DNA from: Naegleria gruberi | Taxonomy: Eukaryota | Reading direction: 5' to 3' (one strand) | DNA: 64,000 nt | Assembly: GCA_000004985.1 (NCBI GenBank) | Contig: GG738853.1 | In this document: piece by piece, positions 1-14,364 of the stretch | Layout: every line of letters begins with the position of its first letter | Position numbering within the stretch: the stretch's first letter is position 1 | Notes under the pieces: model-generated | What the model saw: the letters and a program-made list of their open reading frames with translations, nothing else | What the model was told of the DNA's origin: nothing | Database searches by the model: none | Program-made: the position numbers and the translations under genes

Positions 1-1
1 T

Positions 2-796
2 CATTTAGATTTTCCATTCAATTTTGATCCTAGTGAAGAGGAAAAGATTGATAGTGAATTCAAATATTGGGGTCTCTTGTCACCATTTGATAAGAATTCC
101 ATATCGAATGAAATCAAATATTCAAACAAACAAGAACCATGGAAGAGTGCAGAGCTATCATTGATATCGAAACCATTGGAATTTAATTTGGAAAAACAGA
201 AGAATGAGTTAGAGGCAAAGCTTGCTATTTTGAAAGCAATTAAGGAGGTGAAAGAGAAGCTGAAATTCGATTTCTCTTACAAAAAGAAATACAAATCAAC
301 TTTTGAAATGATTTCCGCAGTGAAAGAGAATCTTGAAAACAAGTACGAGGTTATTATTTTGAATCATTTTTATGATGAAAACTTTTTCCTTTTAGGGTCT
401 GACAAGGAATTATTTGAAACTTGTCTTGCACTCTTTGGTGGTCCAGAGTTTGTTTCAGTAAGCAATTTAAAGTTTGTAATGGAATCCAGAGATAGCGAAC
501 AAAATGCATCCTCAGTAATAATATCAGACCAATCTGACATTACTTCCAAAAGCAAATATGATTTTGAAATGCATAACATGGCAAGTAATCTAATTGATGA
601 GAAGAACATTAAAGATCCAAATGAATTAGAAGAAGAGTTGGATTTGTGTGGTCTAAAAGTGAAAGGTATTGACCTTACAACAAAGGCAAGTAAGGAGAAG
701 TCCTGGGAAGGAGAATACAATGATGAATACTATCCAAGTTATTCCCTTTTCAAATTAACAGGAATTTTGATTAATGTAAAACGCTTGCAAGAATAA
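2..796 (+). CDS. Hypothetical Lys/Glu-rich protein, 5'-partial (frame open from window start; first listed start is a TTG at 77)
   Basis: Frame 2 is open from nt 2 to the TAA at 794-796. Charged low-complexity protein with no recognisable domain. Confidence 0.4.
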   Translation, partial: HLDFPFNFDPSEEEKIDSEFKYWGLLSPFDKNSISNEIKYSNKQEPWKSAELSLISKPLEFNLEKQKNELEAKLAILKAIKEVKEKLKFDFSYKKKYKSTFEMISAVKENLENKYEVIILNHFYDENFFLLGSDKELFETCLALFGGPEFVSVSNLKFVMESRDSEQNASSVIISDQSDITSKSKYDFEMHNMASNLIDEKNIKDPNELEEELDLCGLKVKGIDLTTKASKEKSWEGEYNDEYYPSYSLFKLTGILINVKRLQE

Positions 797-1037
797 ACAA
801 AAACATGATTCACAGCAGGCATATGTGATTGTTATTTTCTTAAATGAAAATCTTAGAAATATTTCATAAACTTATTGTATGGAATTGTAAAAAGATCTGA
901 AATCCACTTTCATGAATATGCTCAGCCTGAGTCAATCCATGTTCATTTGAATTGTGTTAGAATGTTACAGCAATTTTCCATCTACTTGTAAAAATTCCTT
1001 AATAATGATGCAACGATTGAGAAATGCCTAAAAATAT

Positions 1038-1110
1038 GCCTCCCTTGGGAATCGAACCCAAGACCTCTGTCTTACTAGGACAGCGCTACTGCCAACTGAG
1101 CTAGGAAGGC
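1038..1110 (-). tRNA. tRNA-Thr(AGU)
   Basis: Reverse complement gives a 73-nt cloverleaf: acceptor GCCTTCC/GGGAGGC, T-arm TTGGG-TTCGATT-CCCAA, anticodon loop cTAGTaa (anticodon AGT). Confidence 0.75.
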
Positions 1111-1210
1111 TTCATGTTCATCTTAACAAAAGTTTTGTTATGATAACACTATTTGATATTCGAACTTCAAATGAAAGGGAAGAACTTATGAACTTTTCAA
1201 AAAGAAAAAA

Positions 1211-2613
1211 ATGGGTCAATCACTGAGCTTGGATGATGAAGCAGACAATGACATGGAGCAAATCCAATCTAGCACCAATCAATCGTCTGAATCGGCTCGA
1301 AACATTTACAATTCCATCTATCAACAAACAAGTGCCATCGAATTAGATTGTTCGGAGGATTTATTCGGATCAGAAAATATTTGGTCCAATCTACCACTTG
1401 ATGCTATCAAGTATATTTTCGAGTTTTTACCATTTTCTGATTTATTTAACACCTCACGTGTTTGTAAGAAATTTAATTCATTGTGTTGGAAACATTTGAC
1501 AGTTATTGATATTTCAAAGGAGAGTAAGAGGTTGGTTTTATGATTGGAATGATGAATTATTAATAATTGGATACATGTTTTGATCGAATGATTATATAAT
1601 TAATTGGTTTAATTAATTAATTGAATGTATGAAATGATTATATGTTATCGCTATATAGTGCTGCTCTCTATGTTAACGATCAAGTTTTAGCAAGAGTGGT
1701 ATCACTCATTCCAAATATCAAACATTTAAGTTTGTGTGGCTGTAGATTATTGACAAGTGATAGTTTAGAATTGATTACTTTTCAAACTAATTTACAAAGT
1801 TTGGATTTGAGTTATGTGCCAAGATTAGAATTGAGTTGTTTATGTAAAATTGCCGATACATGTACACATCTAAAACGTCTAGTTCTTGCAGGAGGTTACA
1901 GATCTTGGGATAGTGGAAACGTAGAAAAGAACTTTCCATTCTTTCCCAACTTGGAAGTATTTGTGTTCAAAAGACCAAATTGCACAACTAAACAATTCAG
2001 GGAATTTTTGAGAAAGCAGTGCAATACATTGAAAGGATTGAACATTGATTCTCCACAAAATTATTCTGCAATAGACAGTGAAATAATTTCAGATATTCTT
2101 TCCAATGAAAAATGCAAAGAACAATTGATATTTCTAAATTTGAATTTTAGAGAGGATGGTTACGCTGCCAGTTCATTCAATAGTAAGGTCGTTGCAAACT
2201 TACAACATTTCAAAAAATTGAAAGGTCTCTCCATCTCAACATTTGTCGATGAAGAAACTTGCAAACTAGTTCTAAAAAGTATTGGAAATCAATTGGAATA
2301 TCTGAATGTTACCAGAACAGGTCCCTCTGCAGAAATAACCTCTACCCTACTCTCTGTTCCAATGAGAAATTTGAAAATTCTCTCACTTCACAGGAATGAT
2401 TTATTACAAGGATCAAATTCTATTCATGTTTCAAATATCAAGAAAATTTTACAAAGTGCTTTGAATAGAGATGGAGATTTGGGTAGATTGGAATGTTTTG
2501 AATTCTGCTATGTGAAACACAATGATAGCATTGATGAATTGACCTCAAAATTCAATCCATACTTTAAGAATATTCGAGAATGGAAACGAAAATTAGGATT
2601 TGAAGATTACTGA
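1211..2613 (+). CDS. F-box / leucine-rich-repeat protein (exons 1211..1530, 1659..2613; 128-nt intron GTTGGT..AG)
   Basis: F-box motif WSNLPLDAIKYIFEFLPFSDLFNTSRVCKKFNSLCW in exon 1. LRR consensus (LxxLxLxxC) repeats in exon 2. A phase-2 splice joins the two ORFs in frame. Confidence 0.55.
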
Positions 2614-2825
2614 AAATTAAATGTGCTCCCAATAATTTCATCTACAAATTTCAACTATTTTACAATACTTACTAACATGGTCATCGCATCTTTTAAAGTG
2701 TTGCCCTTGTAGGAGTTTAATTCTTCCTTTACCGCCTAACTCCGACTCTTGAAAAACAAGTTAAAAAAAATTGCACAACATTTATTTTGAAACTTTTATT
2801 CATACATGAAACTCTTCATTAGAGA

Positions 2826-4683
2826 ATGCAAGAAGGAATAACAACGTCGTATGGCACATCAGCTGATGATGGCAATTATTATTATCATCAGAGTCATCCC
2901 GAAGGAGAAACATCATCTCCTTCAATATTATTAAATTCTAATACTATTAATAATAATAACAATGATGATGATATTACTAGTAGAGAAGAAGAACATGGAA
3001 TGGAACAAGGTAATATTAAAATAGTCAAACGATATGAAGACATGTCGAGCGACATGATTAAATCCTTCAAAAGAAGGGAGAGAAAATTACATTTTGAAGA
3101 TAAAAGTGATAAGACTTCAACGTTGGCAAGGCTTTGGTCTGGAGTGTTTAAAACTAGTAGAAATAACAATGAAGGAAATCAAGAAGAAGAAAGGGATTTA
3201 CTTCATGATGATGATAACGAAAATTCCGAGTTGAACTTTTCAATTAATGAAGAACATTTTGCTTTAAAGAAGGGTAATGGAAATAAGAGAAGGAAAAAGA
3301 GGGATTTTCCATTATTTACGAGAAAGACTAATTTATTCTTGACAGTTTTCAATTTAATTAATGATATCTTGTCACCTGGTACCATGTCTATGAGTCAAAT
3401 GATTTCTCAGAGTGGTGTTTGGATGTCAATTGTTAGTGTAACGTTTTTTGGAATGATTACTTCATTTACTTTGATTTTGTTATATGAAATGTCGAGAGGA
3501 CATTTAAAAACGAGTTTGGCTAGTCTTGCAGAGAAGGCATATGGTAAACCTGGTACAATTTTGACATGGTATGTTGTTTTGCATGTTAATGTACTCAAGT
3601 TTAATTTTCACATAATTTCTGAAACTTTTGAATAATATTCATGAAAATGCATTTTAAACATGCATGAAATATAGTATATTCATATTTATTTTCAATTTTG
3701 GAGGAGCTTGTGGCATGTACATTATGTTTGGAGAAGTTGCTGGAGATTTATTATTATATTTATTTGATGATGTTCCTAATATTTTCATTAGTAGAACTGC
3801 AATCTTGTTGTACTTGACTGCATTTTTGATTCCTATTGCACTAATGAAAAACCTTTCGAGTTTTGCCTTTACATCATTTATTTCGGTTAGTTCAGTCTTG
3901 ATTATTACTGGACTTATTATGTTTGAGTCAATTTTCGGATATAGATCCATTCCTAGTCCATCAGATGCTTACAATTTTGTCCATCCGCAATTTTTATCAT
4001 CCATTGCTGGTTTATCCTTTATTTATGTTTCTCATGATATTGTCTTTCACTGTTTTGGTGAAATGAGAAGACCAACAAGGACTAGATTTTACACAGTCGT
4101 TTTCACAGTTGTCTTTTTAACTATGGCCACCATTTTTGCAATTGGCTTGTCAGGGTATTTCCTCTTTTATGATAAGAATTTAACAGAGGGTAACATTTTG
4201 GATTTATTACCACGTTCATATGGATTGGCAATTGTTGCTCGTTTACTCTTGATTTTGGACATTGCACTCTCAGTACCTTTTGCATTATTCATGCCTCGTG
4301 ATGGTGTCAAGACCATTGTTGAAAGCATCTTTCCAAAGTTTTCAGTTTGGATTAATATGACCAAGTGGAGAAGAGAAACTTACCATGTGATTGTCACATT
4401 GAGTATTGTTGCAATTGCTTGTGGTGTTGGATTGGGAGTTACTGACCTTGGAATGTTCTCAGATCTTTGTGGTGGTGTTTCTGCAACATCATTGGCCTAC
4501 ATTATTCCACCTGCCTTATTCTTGAAATTGGACCCTTGGAAAGGATGCTGCAGTAATAGGACAGGTCTATTCAGAGCAGTTGTTAAGGTTATATGTATTA
4601 TTGTCCTTACAATTGGTGTTACATGTTTTGCTAGTAGTATTTTCAGTGTTATTTATCACACATTCATTCTTCATGATGCTTAA
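2826..4683 (+). CDS. Amino acid transporter, Aa_trans/SLC36-38-like (exons 2826..3568, 3675..4683; 106-nt intron GTATGT..AG)
   Basis: FNLINDILSPG...SGVWM, EKAYGKPG and GGACGMYIMFGEVAGD motifs typical of amino-acid/auxin permeases, followed by about 9 further hydrophobic segments. The splice restores the reading frame. Confidence 0.55.
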
Positions 4684-4794
4684 ATGTCACAATATTGTAT
4701 TTGTGCAAAGTATTTGTGTGAAGTTAAAATTGAATGAAAATAACTATTATTTTACAAACTGTTTCTTGTTTTTTATCTCTTAAACTAATGTTTA

Positions 4795-6075
4795 TTAAAT
4801 AATTTCCAATTTGGCGTGTTTAGCACAAATAGAAACACCAAAAGTGTACTCAAAGTTTGGTAAATTATCAAATGCTACTTTAGGATCATCACCATTAATT
4901 GAGAATAAAAGTGAATTATTCTGTACAATAACTTCCACTACATCTCCAACTTTCATAGGAGATAAAAATGGCGTTCCTTTGCCCGAACATGACTTTTGCC
5001 CATTTAGAAATATCAAACCATAACCATTTTCACTTAAATAAGTGTCAAGTCGTGATGAAGAATTCACAATTCCAAATATGATGCACCATGTATTGGAGCC
5101 TTGAACTAATTGGTGGACTTTGAATTTGATATTGCGAATTTTCCTGTCTTCTACGTTAAATATTTCAGGCGAAATTTTGTAAATATTCCAATTATCTTTG
5201 AAAACCTCCAATATTTTCTCTCCATTTGCAAAACAATGCTTGACAGTTGGAAATGGTAAAATCTTTACGATTTTTCCAATCTTGCCAATTTTGCTAGAAA
5301 TTTCATTAGTTTCAAATTGTTCAATATTGAACTTGTCAATATTTTCCAAGCTAATAAAATTTCCAACTTGTGTTGATATCAATTCGAAACTATCCATAGT
5401 TTGTTTAAATTTGTTAATTTTCCTCTCCATCAATGTATATCCATTCATTGACAAAATGCTTGTTAATTCTCTTTTCAAATCTTCGACTATTTCATGATGA
5501 TTTCGAATAGATGTTACAATATTGCATTGGTTATCCACCAATTCATCTAGATCAACCAATAATTGTTGTTCTCTTTTCTTCAAATCATTCATTAATTCGT
5601 CAAGTTTCGAATGGATTTGCTTTTTCAACTCTTCACCTCTAGCTCTAACTTTTGTAACGCATTCAGTAAGATTATTCTCATCCAATTGATGTTTCTGACT
5701 CCATTCTTCAGACTTAATGATAAACTTTTGCAATTCATCAACTGTTTCCTTTTTTACAGTTGCTTCAATTTCTGAAATTAACGAAACTTGATGTGCTGAA
5801 TGTAAACTAACAGCACATGATGAGCAAATCAACATTTTACAATTACTGCAAAAACAATTGATCGGAATAAAATGATCTTTACACAATGGAGCTGTGTTTA
5901 CAGGATTGTAACTTTCGTCTAGTTTAGAATTATTTGGAATAACAACATGGTTGTTTCTTTCATGTTTTTTAGCATGATAGGTGCAAAGGGCCAACGAGCA
6001 AGAAGAACAACAATGTGTGGCTGGTAATTCTTCTTCCTCTTCCAAACAGCTTGCACAGCTCGCTTGTACTCTCAT
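4795..6075 (-). CDS. B-box zinc finger / coiled-coil / SPRY-like (TRIM-like, no RING) protein
   Basis: Two Cys/His B-box-like clusters (CASC...HCCSSC...H, CKDH...CFCSNC...CSSC...H), a long heptad coiled coil, and a C-terminal beta-rich domain. Confidence 0.5.
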   Translation of the reverse strand: MRVQASCASCLEEEEELPATHCCSSCSLALCTYHAKKHERNNHVVIPNNSKLDESYNPVNTAPLCKDHFIPINCFCSNCKMLICSSCAVSLHSAHQVSLISEIEATVKKETVDELQKFIIKSEEWSQKHQLDENNLTECVTKVRARGEELKKQIHSKLDELMNDLKKREQQLLVDLDELVDNQCNIVTSIRNHHEIVEDLKRELTSILSMNGYTLMERKINKFKQTMDSFELISTQVGNFISLENIDKFNIEQFETNEISSKIGKIGKIVKILPFPTVKHCFANGEKILEVFKDNWNIYKISPEIFNVEDRKIRNIKFKVHQLVQGSNTWCIIFGIVNSSSRLDTYLSENGYGLIFLNGQKSCSGKGTPFLSPMKVGDVVEVIVQNNSLLFSINGDDPKVAFDNLPNFEYTFGVSICAKHAKLEII

Positions 6076-6196
6076 TTTTTAATGTTGAGTTTTGTAAAGT
6101 GGAGCGCTTGTGACAATCCATCAGAGATCTTTATGTAACTATTTCAATGACACAAAGGTTGAATAGGATGCAGAATTCGACACCAAGTGTTAAATT

Positions 6197-7063
6197 ATGC
6201 AACACATAAATAAAAAATTGAAAAACTTTACAAAAAAAATGATGCAAACCATTACTGCTAGAACACGTAAGATTGTTTGTCTTTTGAAAAACTATGAAGC
6301 ACACGCAAAGGAAATGCAAGGAGCTGTTCCTTCATCACCAGAATTCTTTTTAAAGGTTCGTTATTTTCAAATTCCGATCATGGAATTAATTTAAATAATA
6401 TTAAATTATTTGATGATGATCGGAATTATTGAAAATATCTTGATCGGAATATAATGATGATGATGAAAATAATGATGATGATAATAATGCTGAATATATT
6501 AATAGCCAACCACTTCAATTGTTGTTCATGAAAAGGATGGCAAAAATCCAATTCACATTTCATCCATTTCTCATCTCACTCAAGATGTTCATCATGAAGT
6601 TGAGTTGGGAGTTGTGATTGGAAAGAGAGGAAAGAACATTTCACAACAAGATGCATTTTCACATGTGAAGGGTTTCTTTGTTGCTTTGGATTTGACAGCT
6701 AGAGATTTACAAAATAAGGCCAAGAAGAATGGAAAGCCATGGACTGTTGCAAAGGGTTTTGATGATTTTTGTCCAATTGGTTCAGAAATGATTGAATCGA
6801 CAAATCTTGTACAAGATGGAAAGTTGAAGAATTTGACAATTTTCATTAAGATTAATGGACAAGTTAAACAACGTGGATTTACTAATGATATGATTTATAA
6901 TGTACCTCAAGCTATTGAGGCAATCAGTCAAGTAATGACTTTGGAAGAGGATGATCTTATTTTGACAGGTACTCCAGAAGGTGTTTCTCAAATTAATTCT
7001 GGAGATGTTTTGGAATTTGGTGTGGAAGATGTTACTCCAACTTATCAATTCAATGTTGTTTAA
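6197..7063 (+). CDS. Fumarylacetoacetate-hydrolase-family protein, FAHD1-like (exons 6197..6355, 6506..7063; 150-nt intron)
   Basis: KIVCLLKNYEAHAKEM...PEFFLK | PTTS...HHEVELGVVIGKRGKNI...GTPEGV matches the FAHD1/acylpyruvase family. The start may instead be the Met-Met at 6239. Confidence 0.6.
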
Positions 7064-7144
7064 TATTATTGAGCAGCTTTTATACTATAAACTATTGATT
7101 GTAATTCCGTTTACAATTTATTGAGATTTAATGGCAGTTTGTGA

Positions 7145-10100
7145 TTAGTTTAATAATGGAGCTTGTTCCAAGTCTTGTTTCTTTTTAAATAGTTTCTTGA
7201 TATTATTCCAATTAGAGTAGTAAGAAACTTTTCCCTTGATTAAATTCGTCAAAGACTCCTCATCTTGTTGATAAATAATTATCAATGAAACTATTCGAAA
7301 GAAGATACCAAATACTGGAATCAAAACAATGCATAAATTCAAATCTTCAATTTTGTAATCGAATAAATCCAACGAAGATTGAATATCGAAAATGTTCATA
7401 TAGTTTCTAATTTCCATAATGTAGAGAGCTTCTTGTGCGTATCGAATATATGAGACGAAACTTAACCAATACAATGGAGGAACCTCCTGTCTCATCTGAG
7501 CAAGTGTAGGTCTAGAACCACTCACTAATTGCAACACTAACACAAAAATGGCACCTGCCAATTGAATTAATTCCAATTTGATAGTTAAACTGACAAGCAT
7601 TCCAATGCCAAATGTCGTAAAATGCAAAAGGAATAGAATTAAATAATACTCCCAGAATGAGGCAGTTGGAGAGTACAATGAAAAGAATATTGAAAGAAAG
7701 ACAATCGGTCCAAATACCATATTTGGAATCTGTTCTAAATTCTTTGCAATAAAATAGGCAAAAACGGACAAACCACTTGAACGTTCCTTCTTGAAAATTA
7801 CTTGAACTGATTTGGTTCCAAAGGTTCCAAGTGAAGACATGATTCCACATAATCCTAAAACCAAAGGAACAGTACTTGCAACATTGATTATTGGATTGTT
7901 TAAAGGATAGCCACAGATTTTCCTAATTGGGGATGGACACGTATTGATTATATCAACTGGCAATGGACCAATATAAGCATCCTTCAAATAAATCAATCCT
8001 AAACTCAATCCACCAATGTAAACCAACAAGCAATCAATGAAAAACGAAGCAAAATCACGAATTTTCAAAGTGAAAGATCTTTTCACACACATGTAAAAGT
8101 GAATGAGCGAATTTTGATTTCTGGCCTTTTCCTCCTGTTGTAACATCTTAATTGATGGTGTGTTGACTCGATCTTCAATGGTCACAAATTTTTCCCAAAT
8201 CTCAAACATTTCCTTACATGACAAAACTTCCACCGGAATTCCAGTTCTCTCAATTTGTGATTGATAAGTGAATTCTGGATCGTAAATTGCATCTAATAGG
8301 AAATCACTTGGATTAACATATGGAGGAGGAATCAGAGAAAGTTGTTTCTCGAAATAGTTCAATACTTGATTGGATTCGCCCATGTAAACGATTCGTCCAC
8401 CATTTCCCAAAAGAACAACATCGTCAAACATTTGAAAGATTTCGAATCTGGGTTGATGCAACACAGCTACTACTGTAATTCCACTCTCTGCAATGTCTTT
8501 CATGGATTTGGCAACTTCAAAACTACTGTATGCATCTAGTGAGCTAGTAGGTTCGTCCACTAAGTAGAATAAAAATTAGAAGAAACCATGAAAACTAAAC
8601 TTACAGAATAAAATGTAAGGACAAGTAACCAATTCCATTGCAATGCTAACTCTCTTACGTTGTCCACCTGATATACCTCTCTTTGATTCATCACCAATAA
8701 GAGAATGTCTTATATGATCCAAATCCAGATTTTGAATTACTCCGTTTACTATCTGATCTATTACCTTACTTGGAAAATTCAATCTAGTACGAGCGGAAAA
8801 ATAAATACACTCCTCCACAGTCAATTCTCTATACATACAATCTTCCTGTGTGACAAATGCTGTAATATTTTTAAATTCCTTAATTGATGACTTGACGCCA
8901 TTCACAAAAATGTCACCACTCACATTTGCATAACTGGCATTTCCTAAAATTGCTGATAAAAGAGTTGTTTTTCCACTTCCACTTGGTCCCATAATACAAG
9001 TTAACTTTCCAGGTCGAAACTTTCCATTCAAATTATGCAAAATTCGTTTGTTATTCGAAACTAAATCAAGTGACAATTTGTCAAATGAAATTTCCGCCTT
9101 TACATCTTTGTAAAGTCCTTTCATAATTTGTGAAACGGTCAACTTGGGAACAGTTTGAACGTAGGAACTTTCTGTAATGTGCGCCAACTTTCTCTTAATA
9201 AATTCTTCCATTCTTTTTTCTTCTTGTTTCTTGATCCAAAACTTTCTGGAAATGGAATAAATGAAATAGGTCAGAATTACAAGCCCAATAATGGATAAAT
9301 CGATCAAGAATCCAATAGCATATCCATCAAAGGATTTGGTACCTTCTGGACAATTGGAAAAGAGTGGACATGCAATTGGAAGGACAGTTCCTACTGTACA
9401 GTAATGACCTTGCGGACATTTTTTCTTCTCAATCGGAGTGGAACAATAGTAACCCGCTGGACATGGAGATGGGACATAGGATCCAACATCACAATATTGT
9501 GTCAATCGGCAATCTATCTTTGTACTTGGTGATGGACAGTAAAAACCTTTTGGACATGGATTTCTATCGGTGGTTCCAGGTGGACAATATAAAGACACAG
9601 TTTCATTAGGAATGCAAATAGTTGGCTCCATAATGGATGGCTCTTCACAGTAGGTATTCTCTGGACATGCTAAAACAGATCTATTTCCCTCCACAAATCT
9701 TCCTAAATTGCAATATTCTCCAATTGAGCATTCCTTAATTTGGTTATCTTGTAAGAATAAGCCAGGAGAGATTGGAAGAGGCGGGAAATAAGGAGTGATG
9801 CAAATGGTACCGTTGATGCAAGGTTGGGGAGATTCACTTCCTGAGGAGAAACAAGTTTCTGATCCTCGTGGAGTTTTCCATCCAAGATTTGAATATGAAT
9901 TTAAATCACTTTCGTCACTGGCAATTTCACACGAAAGTGGTTTAGTCATACCATCGAATGGACATTGAAAACCTTGAGGACACAACTGTCTAGCTCCACC
10001 ATAACAGAAATACCTCTTCTCACAATATTTCATCTGATTAGGTCGAATCGTATAGAATCCATTAGGAACTTTGTCCATAACCACATCATCAAAAGATGGA

Positions 10101-12058
10101 CACGACATTCCAGTGAAACAACTTGAAGTATATTGCCCAAATTGATTCAGTGTCACTGGTGAAGGTTTCATTGATTGACATTGTTGAGCGAAAGGTTTCA
10201 GAAACAAATCGTCTGGATTCGACTCCAATTCTTTACAAATTTGGTAAAATCGATTAGTGGATTGCAATTCCCATCTTTCTCTACTAATGGTCACAAACAA
10301 GTGTTGAGAATTTGGAGTAATTTCCATAAAATCTGCATCTCCCATTAAACTAATCTTGTTAAAATACGAAAGTATCAACCCATTATTCGAACACATTTCC
10401 TGTTGTAATCCGTAAACCAAAATTTCCTTCCCCGACTTGGAAATAAATATCTGAGAAATCCAATAATTCTGCAAAACATCCTTCATGAAATATTCTCCAT
10501 ATTGGGAAATTAATTCAATAAAGCAATTTGTGTTGTTTAGATATTTTGAGCAAATTATTTCCAATTCGGGAGTTCTGATAATATTTTCACATAATTGTTG
10601 AATATCCACATCTTTTCCAAAGTCTGTATTGAAAAAGGAAGTGTAAATGTCTGGTACATTGTAAAATCGTTGTTTCATTTCTAATATGGTTTCGCCTTTC
10701 ATTAGTTTGATTTCGGTGAATGTTTCGAATGATTTGGTGCATTCTCCTGTTGAAATATCAAAGTAAAAACCATCAGCAATTTGACATGTTTCGTTTCTTC
10801 CAACTGGATTACTGGAATTTCTTTCTGAAAATCTAAAAAAATCATAATTTGCAAATTCCAACAAGTTTCGAACATGTAAACTATTTGTTCCATTCGAAAG
10901 TTGAATGGCAATAATCAAGTTTAGTCCCTGGGCTTGATGAGCAATGACCTTAAAGCATGAAGATTTATAAAAATCGACTCTTCTAATTTCTTCAGCTGCC
11001 AACGAAGCACTCAAAATAGTTTCATCCTTATTGGTGAGATAGAAAGTGGACGAATCTATTTCATTCATATCCAAATACATATTCCTCTTTTGTAATTCAA
11101 TGATTTTCACTTGATCATTGGATGAAATCATCAACAACAATCTTTCGTATTGAAAATAGCTCGTTGTCAAGGCATTTCTAAATCCACCAACTTGATTTTT
11201 AAAACTAAACTGCAAACTATTCAAACTCTTGATGGTAATGTGAAATTCCAATTCATGAGAACAATCTTTCAATTTGTAAAATTTCATTACATTGGTGTCA
11301 TTTGTCAATTTCTCAACAATATTCAAATAAATTGAATCCTCAAATTCGAATATACGAATCATATTCGAAGGATCTGTCAACTCAAATGTTGCACAAGTTT
11401 CAATAGATGAAATATCAAAAGTTTTTGCCTTAAATAATGAAAGACTATTTCCATACGAAATGGTCGCCACAAAATAATCCGTTCCATTTGTAAATGCTGT
11501 CAAAGTTCTGACATTACTGCCGTCACTTGTCTTTCCTACATGAACAGTTTCTCCTGTGTTGAAATTAATTAAAATGATATGTCCAGAAATCAACCCCAAA
11601 ACAATAAATCTCCTTGTTTCATTCTCTTCATCTTGAAATTCAATTGTTGTAATCTTGGAAATGTATTTACATTTATCACGAGGTGAAATTAGTTTGGAAT
11701 AGTCCAGTTTCGAACTGCTATGTGGATGGATCAGTGTGCCATTCATGTAACTGTATACATTCGGATCAGATGTTGAACATATTGCTCCATCTTCAACATT
11801 CAACAAGAAATCTTCATCACTAAACAGAAATGGAACACTCGCAAAAGGATTCGAATATTTACACCACGAAGGTTGTATATCAGAGTTAATTAATTCCTCA
11901 TGTGAACACAACTCTTGTCTAAATGCAGCACCACCACTCTTGTAACACAAATTGCAATTGACCCATTTGATAATTGAAAACAATGAAATTGTGATGAAAA
12001 ATAGAAATAAAAAGCGATGTTTGTTTGAGTTGGAAACACGTGTCGACTTGTGTTTCAT
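7145..12058 (-). CDS. ABCG-type half-transporter with a large N-terminal extracellular cysteine-rich domain (exons 8605..12058 and 7145..8559; 45-nt intron GTAAGT..TTAG)
   Basis: Signal/anchor, then ~850 aa with repeated CPxGxYC/CPEGT cysteine motifs, then one TM. Walker A is GPSGSGKTTL, signature is SGGQRKRVSIAMEL, and D-loop LDEPTSSLD is restored by the splice. A 6-TM domain follows the NBD (ABCG order). Start chosen at the Met preceding the hydrophobic signal (12058); the ORF is open up to 12139. Confidence 0.7.
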
Positions 12059-12316
12059 TCTGTTTTTTTCTCTTAATTGCAAATAGAAAGTTTTGGGAAA
12101 CAAATGAAACAACATAATGTAAATTCCATGATCTTGCAATTATAATTATGAAATTGGAATGTAATTTGAATATAGGATCTAAATAGGAGTTAAAAATGCT
12201 GACAATGACATTTTGTAGTCATGGGGTGGCCATTGAGCAAACCTTTATCTTTGGAGAATCTAAAACTATTAGTTTTTGGATATGGATAACAAAAATTACT
12301 AAAAACATTAAAAGAT

Positions 12317-12399
12317 CCGATGAGACGGAATCGAACCGCCGACCACAGGATAACAGTTACAACTACAGTCCCATGCTCTACCAGCTGAGCTATCATCGG
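12317..12399 (-). tRNA. tRNA-Tyr(GUA) with ~11-13-nt intron
   Basis: Reverse complement: CCGATGA-TA-GCTC-AGCTGGTAGAGC...ACTGTA, then the intron, then GGTTCGATTCC...TCATCGG. Canonical T-loop. Intron immediately 3' of the anticodon, as usual for eukaryotic tRNA-Tyr. Confidence 0.8.
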
Positions 12400-12575
12400 T
12401 TACGTTTTCTTTACTAAAATTTATTTTATAATTATTATGCAAATGAAAGACAATACAGGTTTAAGCAACCTACATCTTATTATTGCATAGTAATTCTTCC
12501 TTTTGCTTTCTCTCAATTTTCAATGAACCACCGAACATCAATTAATTTCTCTCTATTTTTACTTCTGTAAAAAAA

Positions 12576-14190
<1,615 letters not shown>

Positions 14191-14364
14191 AAATTGTAAC
14201 AATAATCTCAGAAATCAATTCTTGTTGATATTTCAATATTAATATTAATATCAACACACGTTTTTATGACTTCAACATTGAAACTGTTTCATATTGCAAC
14301 AATTTGATTGTTAAAATTAGAATTGTTTAACAATTTCAATATTCAATAAACAAGTTGAAAAAAA

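Noticed and set aside
370-720. 116-aa ORF on the minus strand
   Set aside because: Lies entirely antisense inside the longer plus-strand ORF 2..796. Low-complexity translation, typical shadow ORF.
2894-3598. Three short minus-strand ORFs (2894..3169, 3203..3385, 3407..3598)
   Set aside because: Antisense to exon 1 of the amino-acid transporter gene. No motifs.
12190-12417. Two small ORFs overlapping the tRNA-Tyr gene
   Set aside because: They cover a canonical intron-containing tRNA and have no coding signal.
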